From Candidatus Zixiibacteriota bacterium (GTDB lineage: Bacteria; Zixibacteria; MSB-5A5; WJJR01), in assembly GCA_036397555.1 (NCBI GenBank), contig DASWIS010000008.1, positions 544,206-608,205 of the forward strand: 64,000 nucleotides of DNA. Direction: 5' to 3'. Shown piece after piece: positions 8,218 through 17,306 of the stretch. A program made the position numbers and the translations under genes. The notes under the pieces are model-generated. The model ran no database searches. It was not told where the DNA came from and saw nothing but the letters and a program-made list of their open reading frames with translations. Every line of letters begins with the position of its first letter. Position 1 is the first letter of the stretch.

Positions 8218-9399
8218 ATGACGAGATCAGCAATCAGGATCGTTCTCCTGAGTTTTGGGCTGACGACAATGACCGCCGTACCGGTTGGCGCACAGTTGGC
8301 TCCGGGCAGCCGACCATCAGTTCCCGGAGGAATCTATGACAAACCCTACCTGCAGAATTACAGCGGTGGCATCGCGCTGGGAGGGTACATGGATCATGAA
8401 CTCTTCGTGCAGCCCGACCATTCGACCTTCGATCAGCACCGTTTCATTCCCTTCATCTTTGCCTCCCCGACCGAATACATTCATGTCACCGCGGAGATCG
8501 AATTCGAACACGGCGGGCTGGTGAAAGGAAGCGGCACTAGTGACGGCGAGATTAAGCTGGAGTTCGCCGTCATGGACTGGGTGATCAGCGATGCATTCGG
8601 ATTTCGCGGCGGGGTGATCCTGACCCCGCTGGGAAAGCTAAACCTCACCCACGACAGCCCCTTGCAGGACCTCACCAACCGTCCTCCGGTGTCGAGCCAA
8701 CTGATCCCGACTACGCTTTCGGAATCCGGGATGGGTGTGTTCGGCGTGTTGTACCCGGGCGATTGGGTCGTCGGCTACGAACTGTACGTCGTCAACGGTT
8801 TCAACGAGAAGATCATCACCGGCGCCGGCGATCTGCGTGTGCGCGGCGGGCGCGGCTCGCAGAAGAGCGACAACAACGAAAACAAAGCCGTCACGGGCCG
8901 TCTCTCGGCTTCGCCGATGCTGGGTCTGGATGTCGGCGTGTCCGCGCACAGCGGCACCTATGACCCCGCCGGTGAGCATCGACTGACCATCGCTGCGGCC
9001 GACTGGGACTGGCAACGCGGTCCGTTCCAGTTCCTCGGTGAGGCGGCCTTGGTGAATGCCGAGATCCCGTCCGCCGAACTGCGCCTCGCGCAGACCGGTT
9101 CAGCCGACATTACCCAACGCGGTCTGTATGCTCAGGCGAACTATCACTTCGGTTTCGGCACAATCCGGCGATACCCCGAAAGCGTCTTCACCAGTATCGT
9201 GCGCTGGGATTATGTCGACTTCAATGCCGACGCCTCCGGTGACGACACACAGCAGGCGACCGTGGGCTTGAACTTCCGTCCGGTCGAACGCAGCGTGGTC
9301 AAAGCCGATTACCGCTGGGGCTGGTCTCGCGGATCCGGGACCGAATCCTGGTCGAGGCCGGACAAGCTCTTCAGCTTCTCCGTCGCCACCTACTTTTGA
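8218..9399 (+). CDS. outer-membrane β-barrel (porin-like) protein, hypothetical
   Basis: Signal peptide MTRSAIRIVLLSFGLTTMTAVPVGAQ. β-strand-rich alternating pattern. C-terminal aromatic residue (..ATYF). Confidence 0.55.
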   Translation: MTRSAIRIVLLSFGLTTMTAVPVGAQLAPGSRPSVPGGIYDKPYLQNYSGGIALGGYMDHELFVQPDHSTFDQHRFIPFIFASPTEYIHVTAEIEFEHGGLVKGSGTSDGEIKLEFAVMDWVISDAFGFRGGVILTPLGKLNLTHDSPLQDLTNRPPVSSQLIPTTLSESGMGVFGVLYPGDWVVGYELYVVNGFNEKIITGAGDLRVRGGRGSQKSDNNENKAVTGRLSASPMLGLDVGVSAHSGTYDPAGEHRLTIAAADWDWQRGPFQFLGEAALVNAEIPSAELRLAQTGSADITQRGLYAQANYHFGFGTIRRYPESVFTSIVRWDYVDFNADASGDDTQQATVGLNFRPVERSVVKADYRWGWSRGSGTESWSRPDKLFSFSVATYF

Positions 9400-9440
9400 T
9401 CCTGAACCGACTGACCGTGAACCGGATCGATCCGATTCCG

Positions 9441-10481
9441 ATGACACGACGGCGCTTTGTCGCGCTCGGTGCGATGTCGGCCCTCGGCGCGCTGATCCCG
9501 GCGCCTCTTCGGCGGCTTGTCGAGATTCCCGGCGACAGGTACTCAGACCTTCTGTGGTCTATGGGGGGCTGGAACCTGATCGAGGTGCGCGCACACACTT
9601 CGGACGGGGCCGCCGCCGCGATCTCCGTGGCCAAGGACGCCATCCGGCAAATCGATCGGACCTTCTCGGTCTTCGACCGCCGTTCCAAACTCTCTCGGAT
9701 CAATCACGACCGTGGATGTCACGTAGCCATCGACGATCAATCCATTCTCAACGGCATCGCGGCGGCGCTGCGCTGGGCGTCGGCGTCGGCAGGTGCCTTC
9801 GACCCCACAGTCGAACCGCTCATGAGGCGCTGGGGATTTCGCGAAGGCATCGACCGCGCCGTCGACGGCAATCAATCATCGTCATGCGATCATCGGGCAA
9901 TCGAACTGGATCTGGCGCGGGTATGCCTGCGGCGCGAGACACCCCAATTGCAACTGGATTCGGGCGGCTGGGCGAAGGGATGGGCGGCCGGATTGGCCGC
10001 ACAGGCCGCGCTCCGCCACGGTGCGGTCGAGGCGCTGGTCAACTGCGGCGGCGATATCGCGCGTGCCGTTGCGCACGGCAACCCGGAGTGGACCTGCGGC
10101 ATACGCAACCCGGCGGGCACGCGGCACGAAATTGTAGCCCGGGTCCGCCATATATTCCCGGCCGCGGCGACATCGGGTGACTATGAAAACTACCGGCTCG
10201 ACGACCACAACAGGCGCATCGGCCATCTGATGGATCCCCGATCACGCCGACCGGCAATCACCGATTTGTTCTCGGCGACCGTCTTCGCTCATGATGCCCT
10301 CGCGGCCGATGCGATGGCGTCGGCGCTGTTTGTGATGGGCTCCGCCCGGGCCACGCGCTGGCTTTCGGCGCATCCAGATTTCGCGGCCGTTCTCATCACC
10401 GATGCCGATTCGGGCACTGGCCTCCGCATTCAGGCGATCGGTCCGATCGATTTGACCGCCGTGCCCTTGCCGCGCGGGTAA
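9441..10481 (+). CDS. apbE: FAD:protein FMN transferase (ApbE/Ftp family), TAT-secreted
   Basis: ApbE motifs FDPTVEPLMRRWGF, LDSGGWAKGWA, ATSGDYENY, HLMDPRS. Twin-arginine signal MTRRRFVALGAM. Confidence 0.85.
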   Translation: MTRRRFVALGAMSALGALIPAPLRRLVEIPGDRYSDLLWSMGGWNLIEVRAHTSDGAAAAISVAKDAIRQIDRTFSVFDRRSKLSRINHDRGCHVAIDDQSILNGIAAALRWASASAGAFDPTVEPLMRRWGFREGIDRAVDGNQSSSCDHRAIELDLARVCLRRETPQLQLDSGGWAKGWAAGLAAQAALRHGAVEALVNCGGDIARAVAHGNPEWTCGIRNPAGTRHEIVARVRHIFPAAATSGDYENYRLDDHNRRIGHLMDPRSRRPAITDLFSATVFAHDALAADAMASALFVMGSARATRWLSAHPDFAAVLITDADSGTGLRIQAIGPIDLTAVPLPRG

Positions 10482-10487
10482 AGACGC

Positions 10488-11081
10488 ATGAGAACCCCGG
10501 TGCCCATCCTCGTGATTTTGCTCGTTCCGATGTCCTGCCCGCGCGGATACGCGCAGGAGCCGACAGAAGACGAAATCGGTACTGTGCAGGTTCTCACTTC
10601 GGAGGAGCATGCCCTGGCGGCGATCTTTCCCGATGCCGATTCCGCTCATCCCGGCGTTATTGCCCTCGATTCCATCCGCCGTGAGGCGTTACGCGCGTTG
10701 CTGGGCCGACATGTGCGTGACTCCGCGTTCGTCTATTTTGATGTCTTTGCGCAGGGACGACGTGCAGGAACAGCCGTCATCGCCGAGGAACGCGGCAAAT
10801 ACCGCCCCATCACCTTCATGGCCGGCGTTGATACCGCGCTGCGAATCGTTGATGCCCGCGTGCTGGTCTACCGTGAGAGCCGGGGGGGAGAGGTGCAGCG
10901 CACGCGCTTTCTGAAACAGTATCGGGGCAAGTCCCTCAACGACCCGATCCGCATCAACCGCGACATCATCAACATCACCGGCGCGACCATCTCGGTCAAT
11001 GCGCTCAATGCCGGAATCCGCAAAGTCCTGGCGGTCGCGGCCCTCCTGCATCCGCCGGCAACGGGGGAGGGGGGGCCATGA
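10488..11081 (+). CDS. FMN-binding domain protein with flavinylation motif (TGATIS)
   Basis: Signal peptide. The C-terminal FMN_bind-like region DIINITGATISVNAL matches the [S/T]GA[T/S] ApbE target motif. Confidence 0.75.
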   Translation: MRTPVPILVILLVPMSCPRGYAQEPTEDEIGTVQVLTSEEHALAAIFPDADSAHPGVIALDSIRREALRALLGRHVRDSAFVYFDVFAQGRRAGTAVIAEERGKYRPITFMAGVDTALRIVDARVLVYRESRGGEVQRTRFLKQYRGKSLNDPIRINRDIINITGATISVNALNAGIRKVLAVAALLHPPATGEGGP

Positions 11082-11554
11082 CCCTGCCGCGGCTGCGCAC
11101 CTGGTCGCGTCCGTTACGCCTGCTGACACTGGCTTTCGTGGTCGTCGTGGCCTTGGGGTATGCGGTCGGGCTGGCGTTCATTGTCCACAACACCGCGGTT
11201 TCCCCATCAGGGATCGTCGATCACTACCACGGCAACGAAGACCGCATGAAATTCGGCAAATCGACGGGGGAGATGCTCGAAATCGTCCACAATCACCTGC
11301 TCGGCATGGGCATGCTGTTCTTCGCGGTCGGCTTACTCTACATCGCCGCCGACACCCCGCCCCCATGGAAAACCCTGATCCCCGTCGAAACGCTCCTGAC
11401 CCTCCTGTCGACCTTCGGCGGCCTGTGGCTGATCCGCGAGGGCCTGGCCTGGGCCAACTGGCTGGTCTTCCCCTCTTCCTTCCTGATGCTGGCCGGGTAT
11501 ATTGCCATGTGCACGACGGTGATCTGGAACTGCCTGACGCCGTCGTCGAATTAG
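11078..11554 (+). CDS. 4-TM membrane protein with conserved His (HYHG, HNH), hypothetical
   Basis: ATGA-coupled to the FMN-binding gene. Four hydrophobic helices. Confidence 0.5.
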   Translation: MTLPRLRTWSRPLRLLTLAFVVVVALGYAVGLAFIVHNTAVSPSGIVDHYHGNEDRMKFGKSTGEMLEIVHNHLLGMGMLFFAVGLLYIAADTPPPWKTLIPVETLLTLLSTFGGLWLIREGLAWANWLVFPSSFLMLAGYIAMCTTVIWNCLTPSSN

Positions 11555-11582
11555 CTTGGCCCATGTCGTACCGACTTGCCCG

Positions 11583-11670
11583 GTCAACGATCTCTCACGC
11601 GGCTGCTCCGCCGAAGACATCGTCAACGCCGTCGCCGTCGCGGCGGTGGCGTCGCGACCGGGGGGGGTAG
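11583..11670 (+). pseudogene. remnant duplicate of the pta 3' end (direct repeat copy 2)
   Basis: Encodes PVNDLSRGCSAEDIVNAVAVAAVASRPGG with no in-frame stop. An 8-G homopolymer sits where the pta stop would be. Confidence 0.7.
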
Positions 11671-11685
11671 CCGATTCGTGGATTT

Positions 11686-11702
11686 GTAGGGTGGGCTCTG
11701 CC
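11686..11702 (+). terminator. GC hairpin GGTGGGC-tct-GCCCACC followed by an A/T-rich tail
   Basis: Perfect 7 bp stem followed by atttacttaatt. Placed where the original pta terminator would be. Confidence 0.4.
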
Positions 11703-11719
11703 CACCATTTACTTAATTC

Positions 11720-12382
11720 GTGCGAGATATGGCAAGCCCTGACGAGAGTGCTTGTCCCGAGCGAAGTGGAGCGATCAGGGCCACGAACCCGCTGACGAAG
11801 GACTGCAGCGCAGGTGCAATGAAGAACACTGAACTCGTAGAGAAGACCGCCGAGCTGACTCCGCACAATCGAATACAATCGAACCGGCCGTGGTGGAAAG
11901 ACGCGAAGTTCTGGATCACTACTGTCGTGTCTTTGTTGGCAGTAGCCGTAGCGTTCGATGCTCGTGACAAGGCGCTTACTGTCAACGTAAGGCTGAACAA
12001 TCTCGTTGGTGAAGAGGGTAGGACATTGCTTGTCACAGAACTTGAGCAAACTCGACGACTCCTAATAAAGACCGAAGGGGCCATCTCAGATAGCATCGAA
12101 GCTGGTCGTAATCGTGCGGGTGCGAAAGGATTTGCGGGTGGCTCAGTTCATACGTATGAGATCAAGCGAGCATTGGAGCCTCTAAGAGAATTAGTGGAAG
12201 AAGAGTGGTTCGGATTGGATCGTCGTATAGCCAAACTCTTGGCCCAGATGGGACACAGCGCAGACTCGTTGAATCAAGTTGAATCACTGGTGGACTTGAA
12301 TCAAAGCTACGCCGAACTCAGGATACAAAAGGATTCTGTCTTGTGCGTGATTCAAGTAGCCATCGAACAGTCTGGGCAGTGA
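11720..12382 (+). CDS. hypothetical single-TM protein (lower-GC gene); start may be ATG 11819
   Basis: TM helix WWKDAKFWITTVVSLLAVAVAF. The C-terminal region is helical. GC is visibly lower than in neighbouring genes. Confidence 0.4.
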   Translation: MRDMASPDESACPERSGAIRATNPLTKDCSAGAMKNTELVEKTAELTPHNRIQSNRPWWKDAKFWITTVVSLLAVAVAFDARDKALTVNVRLNNLVGEEGRTLLVTELEQTRRLLIKTEGAISDSIEAGRNRAGAKGFAGGSVHTYEIKRALEPLRELVEEEWFGLDRRIAKLLAQMGHSADSLNQVESLVDLNQSYAELRIQKDSVLCVIQVAIEQSGQ

Positions 12383-12402
12383 ATATGTGGCACTGACCTT
12401 GG

Positions 12403-13491
12403 TCAGTGGATTTGGGCTCTCCCCGCCAACTGCCCGCACGCCGCGTCAATGTCGACGCCGAAGGACTTGCGGATGTTGACTGCCGGGCAGCGCGGGTAGA
12501 GGTATTCGCGGAAGGCAAGGACGCGCTCTTCGGGCGGGCGGCGATACGGACTCTCGGGGTTGGGGTGGAAACGGATCAGGTTGATCTTGCAGGGGATGCC
12601 GTGGATGAACGTGACAAGCTGTTGGGCGTGCTCGATGGAGTCGTTGATCCCGTCCATCAGCACATACTCGAATGTGACACGACCCTTGGTGCTCTCGGCG
12701 ACCGCGATCGCCGCGTCGCGCAGTTGCGCCAATGGATAGCGCCGATTGATCGGCATCAGCTCGGACCGCAGCGGGTCATTGGGCGCGATCAGCGAGATTG
12801 CCATCTTGGCGCGCACTTTCTCCTGGGCCCATTTGCGCATCGCCGGGACCAGCCCGACAGTCGAGACCGTGACCCGATTGTGCGAAATCGCCAGCCCTTC
12901 ATCGTGCGTCAGTATGTCCAGCGCCGCCTTGACGGTCTTGAAGTTCTGCAATGGCTCGCCCATGCCCATAAAGACGACATTCGTAACGCATTCATCATCA
13001 GGGAGCAGCCGCGCTGTCGCCATCACCTGCCCGACAATCTCACCGACCGTCAGATTGCGCCGCAGCCCCATCCGCGCGGTCGCGCAGAAGACACATCCCA
13101 GCGCACACCCCGACTGCGATGAGACACAGACCGTGCGACGCCTGCGGCCATCGCGCATCAGTACCGATTCCCATAGATCCTTGCCGCTACGGAACAGCAG
13201 CTTGTCGGTGCCGTCGGGGGAATGCTGGATCGACTCGGGCTGGGGAATGTCGATCGTGAAGCGCTCGGCCAGCAGCGAGCGCAGTTCCAGGCGCAGATCG
13301 GTCATCGATTCGAAATCAGTCGCACCGCGCCGGTAGATCCAGCGGTAGAGCTGCCGCCCGCGATACGGCGCCTCGCCCAGCGACTGCATTGCTTCTTCAA
13401 GCTGCCCCAGCGACTGCCCCAATAGGTCAGTCCGAGTCGAGGGCTCGGCCGCATGGGAATGCGAGGCGATTGTTAAGGCGTTATTGTGCAT
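12403..13491 (-). CDS. rlmN: 23S rRNA/tRNA adenine-C2 methyltransferase RlmN (radical SAM)
   Basis: CALGCVFCAT radical-SAM cluster motif. RlmN N-terminal region. Start taken at internal Met (cat at 13489-13491). Confidence 0.85.
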   Translation of the reverse strand: MHNNALTIASHSHAAEPSTRTDLLGQSLGQLEEAMQSLGEAPYRGRQLYRWIYRRGATDFESMTDLRLELRSLLAERFTIDIPQPESIQHSPDGTDKLLFRSGKDLWESVLMRDGRRRRTVCVSSQSGCALGCVFCATARMGLRRNLTVGEIVGQVMATARLLPDDECVTNVVFMGMGEPLQNFKTVKAALDILTHDEGLAISHNRVTVSTVGLVPAMRKWAQEKVRAKMAISLIAPNDPLRSELMPINRRYPLAQLRDAAIAVAESTKGRVTFEYVLMDGINDSIEHAQQLVTFIHGIPCKINLIRFHPNPESPYRRPPEERVLAFREYLYPRCPAVNIRKSFGVDIDAACGQLAGRAQIH

Positions 13492-13678
13492 ACTGTTACG
13501 GGCATCGCTCTGCGATGCCGATTCAGCAGGCGCAGCAATCCCGACCTGCTGCGTCCTCAACTCAAGAATAACCGCTGATCGACGCAAGCGGGCAGGAAAC
13601 TGGCATAATTCCGTCAAGAGCTCTCCGGGATGGTCCGACAACTTGAATAGGCCACATTGTGCCGTGTGCGAGTATCCA

Positions 13679-14068
13679 ATGTTCCATGAGCATAGCGCCA
13701 AAGTCTTAGTCGTTGATGATGATCCGGGAATTACCGAGATCGTCGATGCCTTTCTGAGTACGGCGGGCTATGACGTTTCGGTGGAGAATACCTCGGAAAG
13801 CGCCATCAAGAAGGCCAAGGAGTGGCGTCCCGATGTCATCCTGCTGGACATTATGATGCCGCACATGGATGGCTACGATATCGCCGAGACGCTCAAAGAT
13901 GAAAAGAGCATGCAACAGACCCCGATCATCTTTCTGACCGGCAAGGACGCCGAGGAGGATCAAGGGCGCAGTTTCCGTGCGGGCGGCAACCTTTACGTGA
14001 AGAAACCGTTCTCGTGCGAACGGCTGCTGGATATTGTCAAAATCGTGCTGATGTCGGTGAACAAATAG
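13679..14068 (+). CDS. single-domain response regulator (CheY-like receiver)
   Basis: KVLVVDDD receiver aspartates, LLDIMMPHMDGY, and a K(KP) C-terminal motif. Confidence 0.8.
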   Translation: MFHEHSAKVLVVDDDPGITEIVDAFLSTAGYDVSVENTSESAIKKAKEWRPDVILLDIMMPHMDGYDIAETLKDEKSMQQTPIIFLTGKDAEEDQGRSFRAGGNLYVKKPFSCERLLDIVKIVLMSVNK

Positions 14069-14136
14069 CGGCGGCTTTTTTTGGCAAAATTTTTGTGCGT
14101 TGCACACAGATTTACGTATCAGCACCAGGGAGTCCG

Positions 14137-14742
14137 ATGGTCCTGAACGATTCTCAGGTCCGGGTCTTGAAGCGATACCGAAACCGGCGGCTCTACGACC
14201 CCGAGACCAGGCAACAGGTCACTCTCGCTTTTGTCCGGGGATTGGTCAACAAAGGCGCCGATTTTCGGGTCGTCGACAATGCCAGCGGGCAGGATGTCAC
14301 CGTCGCGGTCCTGGTCCAGGTCTTAGGCGAGGATGCGCGCGGCTGGCGCGATTGGGACGAATCGACGCGGGTCTTACGTTTGCTCATTCAACGAGGAGGA
14401 GATGCCGGAATGGCCATTCTGTCGAAAACAGTGTTGGCGGCGATCGGCGCATTGGCGATCACGCGCGAAAACGCCGAGAAGTGGGTCGATGAACTCATCA
14501 GACGCGGCGAGCTCGACAAGAGCAAACGCGCCGAGGCGATCAAAGAGGCAGCCGCCCGGGCCGAAGTGCGCGCCAAAGAGACGGCCCAAAAGGTCGGCAA
14601 GAAAGTCTCGGATGCGTACCGTGAGGTCAAAGAGCAGGGAATCGGCAAGCGGTTCGCCAAGTCGGCCGAAGTCGCCGAACTGAAGCGCACGGTCGATGAA
14701 TTGACCGCAAAGCTCGAGGAGTTGCGCGCCAAACTCGGCTGA
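14137..14742 (+). CDS. PhaR-like (PHA synthesis repressor N-terminal domain) / phasin-like protein
   Basis: KRYRNRRLYDPETRQQVTL matches the PHB_acc_N-type DNA-binding domain. Coiled-coil C-terminus. Confidence 0.7.
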   Translation: MVLNDSQVRVLKRYRNRRLYDPETRQQVTLAFVRGLVNKGADFRVVDNASGQDVTVAVLVQVLGEDARGWRDWDESTRVLRLLIQRGGDAGMAILSKTVLAAIGALAITRENAEKWVDELIRRGELDKSKRAEAIKEAAARAEVRAKETAQKVGKKVSDAYREVKEQGIGKRFAKSAEVAELKRTVDELTAKLEELRAKLG

Positions 14743-14842
14743 TCGAGGTCAGCAACGAATTCAGAACGCCCGGCGACGCTCGCGGGGCGTTCTGCATCCG
14801 GCCCGTCGCCCGTAACGAGAAAGCCATTGGACATCCGGTTCC

Positions 14843-15601
14843 GTGCCAGTATTGTCCGCGCGGAGCCGGGGGAATTCGATCACTCTTCAGATCATCATCT
14901 ACCTGATCGGAGCCGCGCTGGCCGATCTGTTCGGCGCGTGGCTCTTTCTTTTGCGCAAGCGTTGGGAAGCCGAGCCGTTACGATTGCTCATCGGCGCGGG
15001 CGCCGGGTTTCTGCTCGCGGTCGCGCTGCTGGAGATGGCCCCGCATGCAGCCGGAATGATCCCGACAGCGCCGGTCTGGCTGCTGGGCGGATTTCTGCTT
15101 GTTCATGTGGTCGAACACGTGGTACCGGCGCACTTCCACTACGGTCACGAGACCCACTCCGGGCTGCAGCCCCATGTCGGGGTCACCGCGACGGCCGGGT
15201 TGACGATCCATTCACTGCTCGATGGCGTGGCCATCGTGGCGGCGCTGCAGGCCGACAGTTGGCTGGGTGGGATGGTGTTCGCCGCGATGGTCTGGCACCG
15301 CATTCCCTCGGGATTCACGGTCGCATCCGTGGTACGCGCCGTTGGCGGATCACCCGGCAGCGCCATGCTGGCGGCGGGAGTCCTCGGTGTCGCCGCGGTC
15401 CTGGGCGGGCTGCTTTGGCTCGCGCTTCCGCAGGGACGGTGGCTTGGGGCGGCGCTGTCGGTGTCGGCGGGGTCGCTTCTGTATGTGGCTGCGACCGATC
15501 TGTTGCCCGAAGTCAATCGCCGACGCACGCTGCTGGCCCCGCTGGGCGTCGTCATCGGGGTCGGTGTCTACTATGTCATCCATCTGGGCTTCGGGCACTG
15601 A
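14843..15601 (+). CDS. zupT: ZIP family metal (zinc) transporter
   Basis: 8 TM helices with HSLLDG and HRIPSG motifs. The overlapping Arg-rich ORF 14827..15708 is rejected. Confidence 0.8.
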   Translation: MPVLSARSRGNSITLQIIIYLIGAALADLFGAWLFLLRKRWEAEPLRLLIGAGAGFLLAVALLEMAPHAAGMIPTAPVWLLGGFLLVHVVEHVVPAHFHYGHETHSGLQPHVGVTATAGLTIHSLLDGVAIVAALQADSWLGGMVFAAMVWHRIPSGFTVASVVRAVGGSPGSAMLAAGVLGVAAVLGGLLWLALPQGRWLGAALSVSAGSLLYVAATDLLPEVNRRRTLLAPLGVVIGVGVYYVIHLGFGH

Positions 15602-15674
15602 TGCCCGCGGCTGTATTTCCGGTCGAAACTCCCGTTTCCCATCGGCGTAAAAAGGTCCTATCATATCGGCCGGG

Positions 15675-16388
15675 TTGGGTCGGCCAAAATCTGTGGAGGG
15701 CGAAGTGAAACGGACAATCTCGGTCTTCGTCATTTATGTGGGTGTCGCGCTGGTCTGTGGCTTCGGAGCAACAGTCGCGCAGGCATCGTTCTTTGGCCAG
15801 GTGACCACCGCGCGGATTCTCGAACGCGGCGTACAGGACGTCAGCGCCTTCGTCGGTTTCTACGAAGATGCGACCATGTTCTTCGGCCAGCTTCGGCGCG
15901 GTTTTTCTTCCAGCGTCGAGGGCGGTCTCCAGTTCGGTCTGCTCGACCCGGAGGTCGGCGATGTCGGACTTGCGGCGGGTGGCGACTTTAAGTTCGGGTT
16001 GATGGCATCGAAGCCGGGACAACCGCTCGACATGGCATTCGACATTCGCGGCGCCTATTTCAATCTTGATGCATTCAGCGTGGTCGAGTTGGGAGCATCG
16101 GCCATCCTGTCGCACCCCTACGTCCTGACCCAGGGCTCGACGTTGACCCCGTATGGAGCCGTCAATCTGCGGGTGGAGCATGTTTCCATCGACAATCAAC
16201 CCAATGCCGCCGCGCGCCGATACACGCCGGCACGCGCTCTGGCCAATGGCGGCGGTGACGACACGAGTTTGGAAATCAGCGCCATGGGCGGAGTCAAGTG
16301 GGACATCTCCGATCTGCTCGATCTGCTCGGGGAAATCGTCATCGATGACCAGCTCGGTCTGATCTTCGGCATCAATTTCAAGATTTGA
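15675..16388 (+). CDS. small outer-membrane β-barrel protein, hypothetical (possible GTG start ~15706 after GGAGGG)
   Basis: Signal peptide. β-strand pattern. C-terminal INFKI. Confidence 0.5.
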   Translation: MGRPKSVEGEVKRTISVFVIYVGVALVCGFGATVAQASFFGQVTTARILERGVQDVSAFVGFYEDATMFFGQLRRGFSSSVEGGLQFGLLDPEVGDVGLAAGGDFKFGLMASKPGQPLDMAFDIRGAYFNLDAFSVVELGASAILSHPYVLTQGSTLTPYGAVNLRVEHVSIDNQPNAAARRYTPARALANGGGDDTSLEISAMGGVKWDISDLLDLLGEIVIDDQLGLIFGINFKI

Positions 16389-16493
16389 TCTTTCCGGACT
16401 GCTCGAGTTCTCATCTGCCCCGAGGCAGCCCTCAGGGTGTTGTGCATGTGCCCATCAGATGGGCCGTTGCCTTGTGCACGTGAAGCCGATTCC

Positions 16494-17282
16494 ATGACTG
16501 CATATGAGGCCGTCTGGTTGGGAATCATCCAGGGCGCGACCGAGTTTTTGCCGGTCTCCAGTTCGGGCCATCTGGTGATTGCGGAGCGTCTGCTGGGAGT
16601 CAGACAACCCGGAGTCGCTTTGGAGGTCGCGCTGCACCTGGGAACGCTGCTGGCCGTCATCGTTTACTTTCGCCAACAGCTCCGGTATCTGGCGCGAGGC
16701 GTAATCGGATTGATACCCGACGTGCCGGAGAGACGGACCGCTCGGCGCCTGTTCCTGCTTCTGATTCTCGCGTCGGTCCCGGCTGCCGTTGTGGGATTGC
16801 TGCTGAAGGATCGTATCGAGGAGGCATTCGCTTCGGAGGTTTTTGCCGCGTCAATGCTGATCGTGACCGGACTGCTGCTCTTGAGCACCGTCCGTGCCCG
16901 CGTGTCGCGCGCGAGAATCGATCCGGCATCCGCCTGGTGGGTGGGCTGCGCGCAGGCGATCGCGATTCTCCCCGGCATCTCACGCTCCGGCTCCACGATG
17001 GCCGTCGGGATGATGCGCGGGATCAGCCCTACCGAGGCGGCCGAATTTTCGTTTCTGTTGTCGATCCCGGCGGTCGCCGGCGCATCGATCCTGACACTGC
17101 CGGATGCAATGTCACGGTCGCAGCTCGGGATGCCGCATTTGATCGGCGGCCTCGTCGCCGCGGTCACAGGGTATGCCGCGCTGGCTTTTCTCTTTGCCAT
17201 CCTGAGGCGGGGACGCCTCTGGTGGTTCGGCTGGTACTGCGTCGGCGCCGGAACCGCCACGATCCTGGTCTTTCGCCTGTAG
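16494..17282 (+). CDS. uppP: undecaprenyl-diphosphatase
   Basis: Characteristic N-terminus YEAVWLGIIQGATEFLPVSSSGHL and 8 TM helices. Confidence 0.9.
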   Translation: MTAYEAVWLGIIQGATEFLPVSSSGHLVIAERLLGVRQPGVALEVALHLGTLLAVIVYFRQQLRYLARGVIGLIPDVPERRTARRLFLLLILASVPAAVVGLLLKDRIEEAFASEVFAASMLIVTGLLLLSTVRARVSRARIDPASAWWVGCAQAIAILPGISRSGSTMAVGMMRGISPTEAAEFSFLLSIPAVAGASILTLPDAMSRSQLGMPHLIGGLVAAVTGYAALAFLFAILRRGRLWWFGWYCVGAGTATILVFRL

Positions 17283-17306
17283 CCGACACCCACATACATT
17301 GATTCC

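Noticed and set aside
10999-11670. 223 aa Arg-rich ORF overlapping the FMN-binding and TM genes
   Set aside because: Alternative frame of real genes; the composition, Arg/Pro/Gly-rich, is typical of GC-rich noise.
14827-15708. 293 aa ORF overlapping the ZIP transporter in another frame
   Set aside because: Arg/Gly-rich nonsense translation; the ZIP frame has clear TM helices and family motifs.
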